A program made the translations under genes and the position numbers. Shown piece after piece: positions 1-13,712 of a stretch of 64,000 nt of DNA. Source of the DNA: Picochlorum sp. SENEW3. Lineage: Eukaryota. Location of the stretch: the NCBI GenBank assembly GCA_034226945.1, contig CP120461.1, forward strand, positions 744,001 to 808,000. Direction: 5' to 3'. The notes under the pieces are model-generated. The model did not search any database and was not told the DNA's origin. It saw nothing but the letters and a program-made list of their open reading frames with translations. Positions within the stretch are counted from its first letter, which is position 1. Each line of letters begins with the position of its first letter.

Positions 1-144
1 TTTGAAACGAGAGGAGAGCATCTCATGTTCTCCCAAGTTCAATTGACGATACATTATTATTCCAAGAATAAAAGAAAGTACCACCACCACCACCACCACC
101 ACAGAGACAACAAAAGAAAAAAAGAAAGAAAGAAGAGTCTTGCA

Positions 145-924
145 ATGGTTGCGTTGCAGCACCATTCGTTCTCTGCTGCGCTCGCATTGCGCATTGTGCA
201 GGTTGGAATCACTGGATTGCTTCTCATTTGGATATTTATGTACCTAGGAGGGCTATCTTTGAGTCCGAAGATGATTGATGAGGACACGAACGATACCTTT
301 GGAATCTTCAATTGGCACCCACTGCTCATGAGTCTTGCCTTTATTGGGTGCATGTCTGAGGCGATCTTGACATACTCGAGCCCATTAGTACACAGTACAG
401 ATAGAAAGTTGAAAAAGTACACGCATGCAGCATTGCATGCTGCTGCGTGTGTCCTGACAGTGTGTGGGATTGTTGCAGCAATCAAATCCCATACACTGAA
501 AGCGCCAACCCCCATGCCGAATTTCTATTCCACCCATTCCTACCTCGGTGTGCTCACGTGCCTGATGATGATTGGTCAGATTGTGTTTGGTGTGATGGCG
601 TATCTGTATCCTCAGTGGTCGTTGGGGGAGAGGCAGGCATTTTCCTCGGTGCACACCTTTTGTGGTGGTGCCACCCTGTGTGTGGGCATGATGACCCTCA
701 TGGTGGGGCTGCAGGAGAAGACGACGTTTCTGCAGCTCGTCCAGAAACCGAATGTGCGAGGAGCATTGATGCAGATTCCAGCGTTTATTCAAGTAGGTGT
801 AGCATTATTTACAGTTTTAGTACTCTATCAGGTGGTGTTTGTGTCAAAACTTTCACAGAAAAAGACGATGCAGTTTGCGCCCATCCTGGCCCAGGACGCA
901 GAGCATGAAATTAATACCATGTAA
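145..924 (+). CDS. Cytochrome b561 (transmembrane ascorbate-dependent reductase)
   Basis: Motifs FNWHPLLM, KYTHAALH, NFYSTHSYLG, SVHTFCG and GLQEK (four heme His) with about 6 TM helices. ATG 145 is the likely start; the upstream in-frame part is microsatellite-like. Confidence 0.9.
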   Translation: MVALQHHSFSAALALRIVQVGITGLLLIWIFMYLGGLSLSPKMIDEDTNDTFGIFNWHPLLMSLAFIGCMSEAILTYSSPLVHSTDRKLKKYTHAALHAAACVLTVCGIVAAIKSHTLKAPTPMPNFYSTHSYLGVLTCLMMIGQIVFGVMAYLYPQWSLGERQAFSSVHTFCGGATLCVGMMTLMVGLQEKTTFLQLVQKPNVRGALMQIPAFIQVGVALFTVLVLYQVVFVSKLSQKKTMQFAPILAQDAEHEINTM

Positions 925-930
925 TTTGAA

Positions 931-1635
931 TTAGAATTCATCATAGTCTTCATCCTCCGCATGTTCCAGACCATTATCGTCATCTTGTTCCGTATGCATG
1001 TCGTCTTTCACGTCGAGACACTCGGCAATCAATCCAAACTCATCATCATCATTGTTATCTTCTTCTTCCATGTCATCCGCGTCGCTCTCTACAGATGTCT
1101 TCTTCTTCTTCTTCTTCGCTCTCGTCGTCTTTTTCTTCTTCTGCGTTGTTGTTCCGTTGTTGTCCTCTGCATCCCCACGCCGACGACTCTTCTTCTTTCC
1201 CGTGGCAGCATCATCTCCCACATCGGGAGCCTTGGCAACAATATCTTGACAGAAATCCAAGGTTGCTTCCCTCCCCACATGCGCCTTTCTACACACATAT
1301 ACATATATACTTTTACATCAGACACATTGCCATCACCTCATCTATAGAGAATGATCACGTACATGTGAGATGGAGACAGTATTTTCCCATTCCCATGCTC
1401 CACAGACACTGCTACAGCACCCCTGACCAGCTCATCCAAAAACTCTTCCACCGCATAGGCTACACACCAATCGCACCATCTCACACACCATTGTCAACAC
1501 CCACATAATTCTAAACCATCACATACCAACCACGTGCGTCGATGCTGCTGCTACTTTTCCAACATCGTCGTTCGACTGCATGATTTTTTTAATTCGGTTC
1601 TGCAACCCATGGGATTTCGCCAGATGCCGAGACAT
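931..1635 (-). CDS. DRAP1: NC2-alpha / Dr1-associated corepressor (histone fold), 3 exons
   Basis: Manual splice of 1635-1527, 1459-1363 and 1288-931 gives RIKKIMQSNDDVGKVAAASTHVVAYAVEEFLDEL...ILSPSHIKAHV...LDFCQDIVAKAPD plus a basic/acidic tail. Introns are GT-AG. Confidence 0.85.
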
Positions 1636-1645
1636 TTTACATATA

Positions 1646-2473
1646 TTACAATTCAGAATCTACCATCTCATGATGCATATATTTCATATGGGTGATGCGA
1701 GCGACGATACCCAACACAAGACTGGCGATACCAGCCACTCCAATCAGGCCATACGCAATCCATGTGAGAATACTCATACCCCCTTGCTGACGTTCTTCTT
1801 CTTCTTCCTGAGCACGACGCAGTCGCTTTCTCTCTCGTTCCATCTCCCTTTTTGCTGCTGCCACAGCCAACAGCGTCCTACTCTTTTTGTTCTTTGTGGC
1901 ACTCCCCTCCCCACCACCTGCTGCTGCTGCTGGGACTGTCTTTTTCACAAACTCCCTCTTCCTCTCTTCCAATGTGGACCCTTCTTCTCTTCTATTGTTG
2001 TTCGACTGATGATGATGCGTTTTACTATCATTCGCTTTGCGACGGATTTCATCCTCCTGTGCTTGAACCATCTCTGCATCATGATCTGTTGCCTTTGACA
2101 TTTTCTGCAACCGATGCATTGTTGATGTTGGTTTTCCATCATTTCTTCCATTATTATTCATGGAAATGTTGTTATTATTATTCTTACTTCTCCTCTTGAT
2201 AGTAGTAGTAGTAGAAGGAGGAGAAGAAGATGTCGTCACTGAAACATGAGGACTCGTTGCATCTTTTTCCTCCTCCCTGCTCGCAGGGCTGCTCTTGGTT
2301 TGAACATGCTGCTGGTGTAACAGGTCGACCACCTGGCGCAACAAGCGAGTCTGCTCCTCAATCGCCTCTGATATCCTCTGATACTTTTCAGATATAATCT
2401 TTTCTATACTATCTATGGATTCAGCGCTCGTATGTTCCATATTTTCTTTGTATGACTGGAAGATGAATGTCAC
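1646..2473 (-). CDS. Hypothetical coiled-coil protein with C-terminal transmembrane helix; 5' end unresolved
   Basis: 275-aa ORF with hydrophobic ILTWIAYGLIGVAGIASLVLGIVA near the C-terminus. A same-frame upstream segment (2474-2707) may be joined through a GTAAGT intron. Confidence 0.5.
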   Translation of the reverse strand: MTFIFQSYKENMEHTSAESIDSIEKIISEKYQRISEAIEEQTRLLRQVVDLLHQQHVQTKSSPASREEEKDATSPHVSVTTSSSPPSTTTTIKRRSKNNNNNISMNNNGRNDGKPTSTMHRLQKMSKATDHDAEMVQAQEDEIRRKANDSKTHHHQSNNNRREEGSTLEERKREFVKKTVPAAAAGGGEGSATKNKKSRTLLAVAAAKREMERERKRLRRAQEEEEERQQGGMSILTWIAYGLIGVAGIASLVLGIVARITHMKYMHHEMVDSEL

Positions 2474-2803
2474 TTACATGGATGACATGATAAGACAGAG
2501 TTCGTGTCTGTGCGACTCTGCTGCTTGGTCATGGCGCTGCTCAAAGACTGAAGAATTCTTTTCTACTACTACAGGATTTTGTATAGCAATAATCTGTATG
2601 AGATGGACATAGCCATGAACAAGAAAAATGAGGTATTCTATGTATTTTTTAAGGAGATCTCTCGAGATCTGCTGCTGAACTTGTGTGAACAGCCATGGTG
2701 ATGGCAATGTCTGTATTAAAAAACCGTATACCCTGGAAAAACCTGAGTAAATAAAACAATAATGCCGAAAAAATCATGGTGATACTGATCTCGTAGGAAC
2801 GGA

Positions 2804-5800
2804 ATGGGGAATCAGCAGAGTCGAGGGACAACGTTTGGGACGTTTCAAATTGAAAATCTCATTGGAGAGCTTCCTCATGTGGTATACAAGGGTCCTCTTG
2901 GTGCGATATATTTGCTGCATAGGAATACACGTGTGTGGTGGTGGATGTCTGACAAGGGTTTGGGTGCAGGGGAGCATGGACGGTTTTTTAAAACGTCAAT
3001 GTGTGTTCATGACGATGGAGGGCCTGTGGTGGTGAAGACGTACTTGAAACGGTCAGTATCAGATGATGTGACGGTGTATCAGAATGCGTTGTTGCGGGTG
3101 CAGGCGACGCTGTCCAAAGGGCTTGGTGGGGAGGAGAGAGAGGAGAAGGATACAAAACAGGGTGCTCATGTGTGGAGCCATGAACAGATTATTCAGACGC
3201 CGCAGGCGGTTCATATTGTAAGGCAGTATTTTTGGTCTTCTCTGGCTCAGAGGATGACGAGTCGACCGTTTCTGACAATGTCTGAAAAGTTGTGGATTGG
3301 GTATCAGGTGTTGCGGGGGATGGAGCAGGCGCATGCGTGCCATGTGTGTCATGGTGATGTGAAGACGGAGAATATAATGCTGACGTCGTGGGGTTGGTTG
3401 TTTCTGATTGATTTTTCTCCGTATAAGCCGACCTATTTGCCTGCGGACAACCCATCTGATTTTAGTATATTTTTTGATACGAGTGGAAAGAGGAAATGCT
3501 GTCTTGCCCCCGAACGGTTTGTTAAAGGAGACGTGGGTGGGTCGAATGAGTTGAAGCCTGAGATGGATGTGTTTTCGGCGGGATGTGTGCTTGCTGAGAT
3601 CTTTTCTGATGGTGCTAGTGTGTTTGAGTATTCTGATGTGTTGGAGCTTGCGCGGAGTCGTGAATATCCTTCTGGATTTTTTGAGGCAATTGATGATCGA
3701 GTGGTTGGATGTGTTCGTAGAATGATTGATATTGATCCAAAGCAGAGGCCTACGGCGTCTGAATGTGTGGCCATGTTTGTCGCGCGTGATGATGTTGGGT
3801 CTGATGGTGTTGCACTGTTGGATCGAGTGTCGGAGAGATTGTTGGTGGAGAATCCGGAGAGTAGAGCACGAGCGGCAGAAGAGTGTTTCCATAGTATGAT
3901 TATGCCATTGAGTGAAGACGACAGAGGAAAAGATGGCGTGTCTGAAGAGAGATGTTGTCGTGCATTTGGTGATGATGATGCGAGGACGGCAGATGATGGT
4001 GACAAGATGGGACAGGTGTTGCGGGAGTATATGGATGTTCACACGCTGGAGCGTGCTGCGAAGGATTTGATTCAAGAAACGAGAGGTGTGATGAAGGGGA
4101 CGGATGGGTCCTTGTCGGTGGCAAAGGATCAAGCTCGAGAAAATAATGCATCATCTCCCTCTTCTCGTGAGGAGATTGCAAGCAGTGATGTACATGATAG
4201 AAAACAGACGAGTGATGTGTTACGAGATCAATTTGTGGTTGAAAATATCACCATAATGTACTGTTCTTTAATCAGGGGATGCACAAACTGTAGAGCCAAG
4301 GTGCTTTTGTTGTATCATGTTGAGCAGTGCAGTAAATTGTGTAGAAACAAGGATGTCATTCTATACGTGGTGATTCCTCATTATATTACCGCGGCAACAG
4401 ATATTGGATCTGGGTCCAGAACAAAATGTTTTGCGATGGCTGCGTTGCCGAGATTGTTTGCGACGGTTGATTCAATGCCAGCATCAGCGTCACACTTTTT
4501 CGCAGACTATGTGTTTCCTTCGATATCCCTCCTGCCCAATGATGTCGATTTGGCTGTGAGATCTGCTTACTCGAGAGCGGTAGGAAGGATTGGTGTGGAG
4601 GCATCGAGAACAATTCGATCCGAGGATGTTTCGATTGAGCAGCAACGAGACGAGTTGAAGAGAGTGTCAAATTGGATTGAGAGAGGGGTGCATGATATTC
4701 TCGTTGGATCCTCATCGTTGCCAAAATTAGCACTGCTTCCCGAACTTAGAGAAATATCGTATGGTATTGGTCGGAAAGGAACAGCGGATGGGCTTTTGCC
4801 AGCATTGTTGACTCTTTTTAATTCCAGGGAATGGGATGTGAGAGCAGCATTGTATTCAGCATTGCAAAGTATTGCTCCGGTTCTTGGCCCACGGGCTGTG
4901 TCGTTTATACTGCCCTTTATCGATAGTATCATACATGATTCGGATTCGATGGCGTCCACGGCGGGTTTAAAGCTTGTACAGCATCTCGTTCATGCCAGGC
5001 TTTTGAATCGCATGGAAATGATACATGTTGTCGAAAGAGTCATGCAGTCAGGGATGATTCGAAACCCATGCAATGCTGTGCGCGGTAATTTAGTTTCATT
5101 GATCCAAGAATGTGTCCATGTCTTAGGTCCAGTAGCATCTGAGGCAATATTGTTGCCAAAAGTATGGGCAGCTCTACCATCAGGAGATGCTGCACTGTCG
5201 GTGGATGAAGTGGACATCTGCCATCTGCTGCCCACAAAAGATATCGGTAATTTGGCACCTATAGTAGAAGATGGCAGGCCATTTCACGCAGAATTTGCAT
5301 CTCAATCGTTGGAAGTCTACACGGTGAAGTTCAAGCCATTTACTGGCGTTGGACGAAATCCTGCGTCCAAGCTGCAGCAAGCTCTGGCTCAGGTGCAAGG
5401 TCGGCGCAGGGTTGGCGCAGCGTCCATGTCGAGTGCAGCATCTTTGCTACCTATATCGTCCGTGAAAAGGAAGCAATCCTTTGTTCGATCCCAGGAGAAG
5501 AAGAGAGAAGCCGTGAACAAGAATGTTGATGATGCTCAACAATGGAGGCCACGAGGGATCCTTGTTGCTAGAATCCCATGCCATAGCAGGTATGGACAGA
5601 ATGATCGGTATACGATCCACTGTATTAGTTTTACTTCTTCAAATCAATCATGTATGCAGATCAATATCGCAAGTTTCGAGCAATATCTCTGGGACCACGT
5701 TATTTGCAACGGCTTCAAGAGATGGGACGGTCAAACTCTGGGATTCAAGGAGGATGGAGAGGGACATTTCATTCAGACATCGTTCAGTGTTAGAAGGGGC

Positions 5801-6866
5801 AAGCGGATATAGTAGTATAACTCCGGCCCCAGATGTTGGGGGCATGAAAGGGTTTGTGGTGGGTGGGATGGATGGCAAGGTTACAGCCTGGGACGTTGAA
5901 CATGCATTGGCATCAGAGCATGCAGGAACAGCTGCATGGGATTGTGGGCCCGGGCGTATTCTGGATTCCGGGAATCTTGCTCGTACAGGCGTGGCTGTTG
6001 TCACATCAGAAGCGCGAAAAGTCTTCGGTATCGACCCGCGTTCGCCTTCCTTTGTGTGGGATGTGGATGTGGAGGCATCCTTGGGGGTTCCTTTGAGATT
6101 AGCAGTTGATGCAGAATGTCCCCATTTCTTTATCACGGGCACAAACAGAGGATACATTACAGTATGGGATGTGCGATTTATGATTGCCGTGAAGACTTGG
6201 AGAAACCCAGCGAGCGCCCCAGTCGAGTCATTGGCTTTAACGACTGGAGCAAAGATGGGTGTTTCTTCAACTGGTCCTGTGCTCCTATCTGCCTGTGGCG
6301 AGGGTGAGATCTCTGGTTGGGACGTGGGTACTGGTACATGCAAGATTGCTTTTGTTTCAAAGGAGAATTCGGCTCCCAATCATATTCCTGAATCATTGGT
6401 GGAGTCAACGATGAAGCATAGAAACACAGGTGCAGATCCCTTGGGATTGGCAAGGCAATTTGGTGCCGCTGATCTCAGAGCCCTGTCAACGAAACGGACA
6501 TCTATCAAGTCTATCTACATAACTGCGTATGGAAGTGTATTGAGCGGAGGGATAGACAAGACGATTAGGCTTTGGGAGCCTCGAAGCGTGAAAAAGAGCT
6601 ACATTGTGGCTGGGCCTCATGTTTCTGATCCAGAGCAGGCTCTGACCAAGTGGTCTTTTTCATACAATCCACGAACACATCAGGAATGTAGAGTGATTGT
6701 CGAAGAGAAAACTGTCGCACAAAGCGACAGCAGAGCGCTGCCAAGGACCGGCACAGAGGGTATCTGCCACAGAGAGACTGTGACAAGCCTGGCTCAGGTC
6801 ATGGGGCAGGCTGAGCCCCTCCTGGCCAGCTCGAGTGCAGATGGAGTCTTAAACGTATGGAGATGA
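2804..6866 (+). CDS. VPS15: VPS15 / PI3K regulatory subunit 4 (kinase, HEAT repeats, WD40)
   Basis: MGNQ myristoylation start, HGDVKTEN, YLPADNPSDFSIFFDTSGKRKCCLAPERF, HEAT region, WRPRGILVA. Intron 5590-5659 joins the WD40 ORF. A probable in-frame intron lies at about 2901-2969. Confidence 0.93.
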
Positions 6867-6893
6867 ATAAATAGATACAAAATTTTTACATGA

Positions 6894-9800
6894 TCAAGCA
6901 ACTGGAATGCTTGATCCAACAGTGAAAGATCCTGGATTTAATGGAATTGATTTCGTAGCATTGTCAGTCTTGTAGATACCAACAAGTCTATCTGCAAGCT
7001 CAAACATATTGTTTCTGAGGGAAATGATGACAAATTGAGCATTCTTTGTTCGTTCCCTGATGTAATTTCCTACGATGGACACGTTTTTGAAATCCAGAGC
7101 AGCATCAATCTCATCCATGACATAGAGCGGGGTTGGCTTGAAATGATGCAGGGCAAAGACTAGCGACAAAGACGAAAGAGTTTTCTCTCCTCCACTCAGG
7201 TTGGCAATATTTTTCCAACTCTTTTTTGGTGGTCTCACAGAAAAGAGAATGCCCTCGCTGAAGGGATCTAGAGAGTCAACAAGTTCCAATTCTGCATCAC
7301 CCCCCATGGTGATCATTTGGTACATCTCCTTCAGTTTCAAAGATATTATATTGAATCCAGCCAAGAACTCTTCTAGCCTCTTCTTTCTCAGCTCATCATA
7401 CGAATTTCTCGTCTTGTCGCGGTCTGCTGTCGCAGCTTCCAACTCTGCTGCTCGCTGAGCACACTCTTCATCTGCCTTCATCCAGGAGGAAATGGCATCT
7501 GGATTGACATCCATTCTTTCCATTTCCTCCTCTAAAACGCCAATACGGTACTGAACTTCGTCAGCACTACTCTCTGCTAATGTTTCAGGCGCAATTTCTT
7601 CAGGCACGGATTTCGTCAAGTCTTCGAGTCGCTCTGTCATGCCGCAGTACTCATTCTCCCAATATGTCTTCTTGTCACTCTCCTCCTTCAATGCAGTCTT
7701 TTGGACTTCAACTTCATTCAAAATGTCGACTTCAACCTGTCTGATTACTGACACTTCCTTTTGCTTGTTTTCGAATTCTTTTTTGATTTCTTGAACCTCT
7801 GATTCTTTCTCTTGCAGCACAGCTTCTTTAGCAGTGATCTGTTCGACAACCTTGAATGCTTCCTCCTCCAAAGCCTTAAATTGGGCCATCACTTCATCAT
7901 GTTGCGCTTCCAGAGACTGGGCTTCTTCTTCTGCTTTTTTCGAATCTTTTTGGAGCTTTAAGATTTGCTTTTCGGAATTTTTGATCTGGGCCAGTTTTTT
8001 TGCCGTCTCAGATTCAACCGAGGTCAAATCCTCATGGAGGCGTGCAACAAGCTCCCTCTGTTTCTTCAATGGCGGCCCACCCACATTCTCCAATGCCTCC
8101 TCCAACTCTTGTGCTTTGGATCGAAGTGATTTACTCTTCGTCTCCAAATCATCAAGGACTTTTTGGTTCTGCGCAATTTCATGCTGCAACGATTGTGTCC
8201 TCTCAGCATCCTCTCCCGACACTGCTGTTGCAGCCTTTAATTCTGGAATTCTGGCGTCAAGGTCTTGAGCAAGCTGCTCAGACGATTTGACATCCATTTT
8301 TGCCTTTGTAATGGCAGTTTCTGAGTCTGCCAGGGCGGCTTTCGCGGCTTTGACTCTGCCTGTAGCCTCCGACACTCGGCTTCTGGCTTCGCTCACCTTT
8401 CTGGTCAACTCCTTGAGTTCAATCTCTGCAGTCTCAGCCTCTTTTGCAGCAAGACTTGGATCACTCGCAGAGCTTGAAGCTTTTTCACCGATACACATGC
8501 GTCCTCCTCGCGGTTTCGCCCCTCCCCCAGACATGGTACCATTCTCATTGATCATCTCACCCTTGACTGTCACTACCCTCCGCCAGCGTTTGTTTCCAGA
8601 ATACGCTATGCGGGACGCTTGGTCTAAATCTTTGGCAACAAGCGTATCCCTCAAAGCAAAGTAAAATGCGAGCCGAATGTCTTCATTATTGCATTTAACC
8701 AGGTCAAAAAGACGCAGAGCTCCCTCTGGGGGCTCCACCTTTTCAGACAAGAACTTTTTCAGATGCGACTGTTTCTCTAGAATAAGGAATGTCGCAACTC
8801 CCAACTTATTGGATCGCAACAATTCGACACATCTCTGCGCCGCAGAAGTCGTATCAACCACAACATAGTCCAAAGCAGGGCAAGCTGTGGAGATTGCCAC
8901 ATCATAGGCCCCATCAATGGCTCCAAGGTCTCCAAGTCGCCCTCGAATTCCAGAAATCTTCTTATTATCTCTAGCTCTGGTCAATGCCATCATTGCTGCA
9001 CTATGGCTGGCCCTCTGGGAAGCATCGGCCTTCCTCTGTTCCACCTTTCCACGCAATTCCTTTACCATAGATTCTGTTCTTTTGGCCTCTTCCATCGCTT
9101 GGGCCTCCTCCGTCACAGCATCAGATACTTTCTGCTGCATTTCTTTTGCTTGGGACTCCATCATCTGTATATCAGCCATCTTGGTGCGATACGTCTCCTT
9201 GGCATCCTTGAGAGCAGCACATGCATCATTATACGTGTCCATAGCAGACTGATTTGATTTTGCCAACATATCAACCTCCGACTGAGCCACATCGATCCTG
9301 CTCTTGACATCTATTATTTGCTTCTCCCAGGGAGCAAGCTCTGTTCGAACGCCTCGGAGTTTTCCAAGCAATTCCTCAGATTCCCCTTGGGTGCCAGCAA
9401 CCATGCGTTCCAATGTCTCCTCTGCAGGTTGTACTTGTGCAGAAATATCCTCTGCCCTCTTCTCCAGATTTGGTATCTCCAGTTTGACTTTCTGAATATC
9501 AGACTGCACAGCATCAGCCTTTTTTATATCTTTTGCGGCCTTATCTTGAGACTTTTTCAGTTTAGTCTTCAAGTGTTTGATGTCCTCTCTGTAGGTGATA
9601 TCCTTGCGCTCAAACTCTTTGAATTCCGCCTTCGCCTCTTCCAAGTCTTTCTGAAGTGCAGAAAACTCTTCATTCTTTGCATTATACTCGGCTTCATACT
9701 GGGCCAAGCTCTCCGCAAACGATTGACACTTTTCCCTCTCCTCGGCAAGTTTATCCTCCAGACTCGCCACATTCTCCGAAATCTTGTCAATGTTCTTCAC

Positions 9801-10806
9801 GGCATCTTTCCCATACAGAGCTGATATCAATCTTTTAGACTGAATAAGTTCAATCTCCTTCTCGATATACGCCTCGGCAGCCTTCTTCGCCGCCTCCAAA
9901 CCATCCCGCTCCCTCTCAGCAATCTTGAGCCTGTTCACCAACCCTTGACGACCCTCATTCAACGACTCCAACTGCTTCCCAGTCTCCTCAATCCTCTCAA
10001 TATATATATCCGTACCAATAATATCTTCCAAGTATTCCAGCAGCCCAGTCTCATGCTCCGTCTGCCCCTTTGGCTTCATCATGGAAATTTGCTCCACCTC
10101 CCCTTGCAGGATCAAAAACCTATTATTATCCAAATCAATCCCCTTCCCTTTGAGCAACTCCGTCACTTCTTTGAAGTTACTCTTTCTATCATTGATATAA
10201 TAATCAGACTTATTGCTCCGATGCGCTGTCCGACTCACGACAAACTCTGAATTCGGGACCACCTCGTACCCAAGCTCATCATCACTCTGCACATCACCAC
10301 AGCCACAATCAACACATACCAACCCCGATATACCACACAAGACCACATACCGTATCGATAATCTCGTGAAAATATACAGACACGCGTGCCATCTCGAGGT
10401 TCCTATGATTCGTCGAATTATGAATCAGCTCAGAGACCTTGTTCAACCGAAGCTGCTTTGCCCTTTTACCAAACACAAACAGCATGGCATCAATCACATT
10501 CGATTTACCAGACCCATTGGGACCAACAACAGAAGAGAAACTCTAAATCGAGAAGAAGGAAGATCAATAAAAAAGAAGAGTAAGCCATAAAGAAGTCACA
10601 ACCACCAGACTCACCTTGTGAAAAGGTCCCACCTTCTGAGCCCCAGCATACGACTTGAAATTCTCCAGAACCATTTCTCGAATAACCAAGCGAGGTTCTC
10701 CATATGATTCTCCTTCTCCAGAAGAAGAAGAACCCCCGTGCTGCTCCTGCGGTTGGACATCCTCAGGAATGGCACTCGGAGCCACGTCCATCGTCGCCTC
10801 AGACAT
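6894..10806 (-). CDS. SMC4: Condensin subunit SMC4, 3 exons
   Basis: ENFKSYAG...GPFHK, Walker A GPNGSGKSN, FLILQGEVEQI, hinge GRLGDLG, LSGGEKTLSSL, YVMDEIDAALDFKN. Exons 10806-10616, 10542-10351, 10286-6894. Confidence 0.97.
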
Positions 10807-11580
10807 TATTCACCACAATTACTATCCAAGTACATATAAATGAATATCTCATTGAATATAAAATGGACCTGGGCGTAGAATAGACACAGAGGGATGCCGA
10901 GAGCGGTTGCAACCGTTTCCGCATCTATTTTGGGCGCCACCAGGAGGGTCGATTTAGGTGGCATGATGGGACCCATCCAAGACTACCTTGGAAAGGCCAC
11001 GACAATCCTCCGAATTCGGATGGTCCGACCATGGCTCTAGGCTCGTGAGGAGGCGACCTTGTCCAGCATCACGGTGTCCACCGACCTCATCTGCAATTGT
11101 TCATATTCATGACAGCACTGTCATTATTACATATATAAAAGTAATAATCGCCATTGGGAAGGCGATATATCGGCTGACAGCAGATATCGTTCGGTGGGAG
11201 ATCCGCTGAGGCAGAACGGACTGCTGCGAGGGGCGTCAGCCTGATACCAGCGGGTCGAGAAGGTGCGATGATTGGATGTAATTGAGAAAGTTTCATTCTT
11301 AATGGGCTTGGGAGGGGTTGCGGTGGTATGTGGGGGCTGTCAAAGCTGTGGCTGACTCGGCAGCAGCAGATCGGAGACATGACGCAGCTGAGGCTGTCCG
11401 GGTTGGCGAGGTCATGGAGGCTGCGTGGTCAATGTGTAGTGATTTAATTATATGAAAGAGTATGAATTGATAGAGACATCGCTGTGCGGGTGTCTGTCAG
11501 CTCGGTGTGATTCTGGACGTTGTTTTTTGTCGTCGCGTCTGATGGGTATCAATGTATGTGGTGTGCAGTGTAGCAATATA

Positions 11581-12858
11581 ATGCGTTATCAAAGTGCGGT
11601 GTCCGTGCTAGTGCTGCTCTTGGTGGCGTGCTGTATGGGTAAAAGGCCTCCGAGAGGTTTTGAACCAGTTGGCCACGCACCTGGGCGTCTGTCTGGACAA
11701 GATGTGGACGAATCGAACACGGATGATATGTATTTTTGCCCTGAGAAGGTAAAGAAAGGAACTAGCGCATTGAATACTCTCCCTCAGTTGAAAATTGAAC
11801 ATAAAATTGATTCGAGAAAGAAGCGATCAAAGACTGATGTGTCTCTGGTGACACAGTTGTCGTTTGAGCGCCTGTACATGCTTGAAGGCCAATGTGCGGT
11901 GTGGAGTGGTGTGATTTCCGCTGCGGTGTATATTGCATTGGTTGATGGCAAGGCAGTGACGGTTGAATTGAATAGCAATCAGGATCCTCACCTGACACCC
12001 ATGGACTATGTGAGAGAGAAGTTTGAGGAATTCCATAGAGTCACCGAAAAGAAGAGCCTGTGTAAATTAGATTTGCAGCTTGTGAGTCAGACGGTGGAGA
12101 GCGTGTGGCTGTCCGCGTTGTATCCAGTGAATGCCATGAGAAACAGAGCTATTGCAAATGCACGCACAGATGTTATTTTGCTCTTGGATGTGGACTTTTG
12201 GCCCGCGGCCGAACTCTCTGAACTGATGCAGCAGCCAGGAAAGTATGATTCTCTGCTCAAAGCAGTGAATAGTGGATCCGCTATTGTGTTGCCAGCGTTT
12301 GAAACAGGAGACTCTGGTGATATTGGTGTTGAGGTTGCTCGCGAGGCAGTTCTTGGGGGTAAAGACACTGCTGCGATGATGTTCTGGGATGGACGCATTA
12401 AACCATTCCATACAGATAGATACAAGGCAGGACACAGAGCTACTGACTTTAGGAAATGGCTCACGGCAGCCCATCCATATCGGATCCGCTACGAGGAAGG
12501 GTTTGAGCCTTACGTCCTTGTGGCGAGAAAGTTTGTCCCATGGACGGATGAGAGGTTTGTTGGGTATAGAAAAAACAAAGTCGTCCATCTTCTCCATTTA
12601 TCCAACCTGGGCCTTCAATTTGTCGTTCACCCTGGTGCATTTGTTGTCCATAGTCCTCACCCAAGAGCAAGGACATGGAAGGTGACCCATACAACAGGAC
12701 TCTGGGACCAGCTTGCAGACTTGTATCGCGATGTTAAAGAAGGATTAGAAGCGAATAATTATATACCCGCCTCCATGTATTCATGCAGGAATCACGTGAT
12801 TGGGCCAATTATTCCTCAGATTCGCCACATTTCAGAGTGGACATCAGAGGAATCGTAG
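11581..12858 (+). CDS. GT49 (LARGE/B4GAT1-like) glycosyltransferase
   Basis: N-terminal signal or anchor, SLVTQLSFERL, YPVNAMRNRA, DXD motif LLDVDF, FEPYVL, DERFVGY, FVVHSPH. Confidence 0.85.
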   Translation: MRYQSAVSVLVLLLVACCMGKRPPRGFEPVGHAPGRLSGQDVDESNTDDMYFCPEKVKKGTSALNTLPQLKIEHKIDSRKKRSKTDVSLVTQLSFERLYMLEGQCAVWSGVISAAVYIALVDGKAVTVELNSNQDPHLTPMDYVREKFEEFHRVTEKKSLCKLDLQLVSQTVESVWLSALYPVNAMRNRAIANARTDVILLLDVDFWPAAELSELMQQPGKYDSLLKAVNSGSAIVLPAFETGDSGDIGVEVAREAVLGGKDTAAMMFWDGRIKPFHTDRYKAGHRATDFRKWLTAAHPYRIRYEEGFEPYVLVARKFVPWTDERFVGYRKNKVVHLLHLSNLGLQFVVHPGAFVVHSPHPRARTWKVTHTTGLWDQLADLYRDVKEGLEANNYIPASMYSCRNHVIGPIIPQIRHISEWTSEES

Positions 12859-12960
12859 ATTTTGATTTGTTTTTTCAACCTGTTTTATTATTGTTTCTTA
12901 CTTACATTCATGGAAAGATTCATGGAATGTCTAAACACAACGTCGTATCGTATGCTACTA

Positions 12961-13712
<752 letters not shown>

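Noticed and set aside
25..144. Poly-His/basic N-terminal extension of cytochrome b561
   Set aside because: It is best explained as (CAC)n and GAAA microsatellites in the 5'UTR upstream of ATG 145.
10885..10925. tRNA-like D-arm (GGATGCCGAGAGCGG)
   Set aside because: There is no T-loop GTTCRA or acceptor stem.
11195..11265. TPP riboswitch (GCTGAG ... CCTGATACCAGCG)
   Set aside because: It lacks the UGAGA, the P5 loop and the closing GGGA, and the adjacent genes are unrelated to thiamine.
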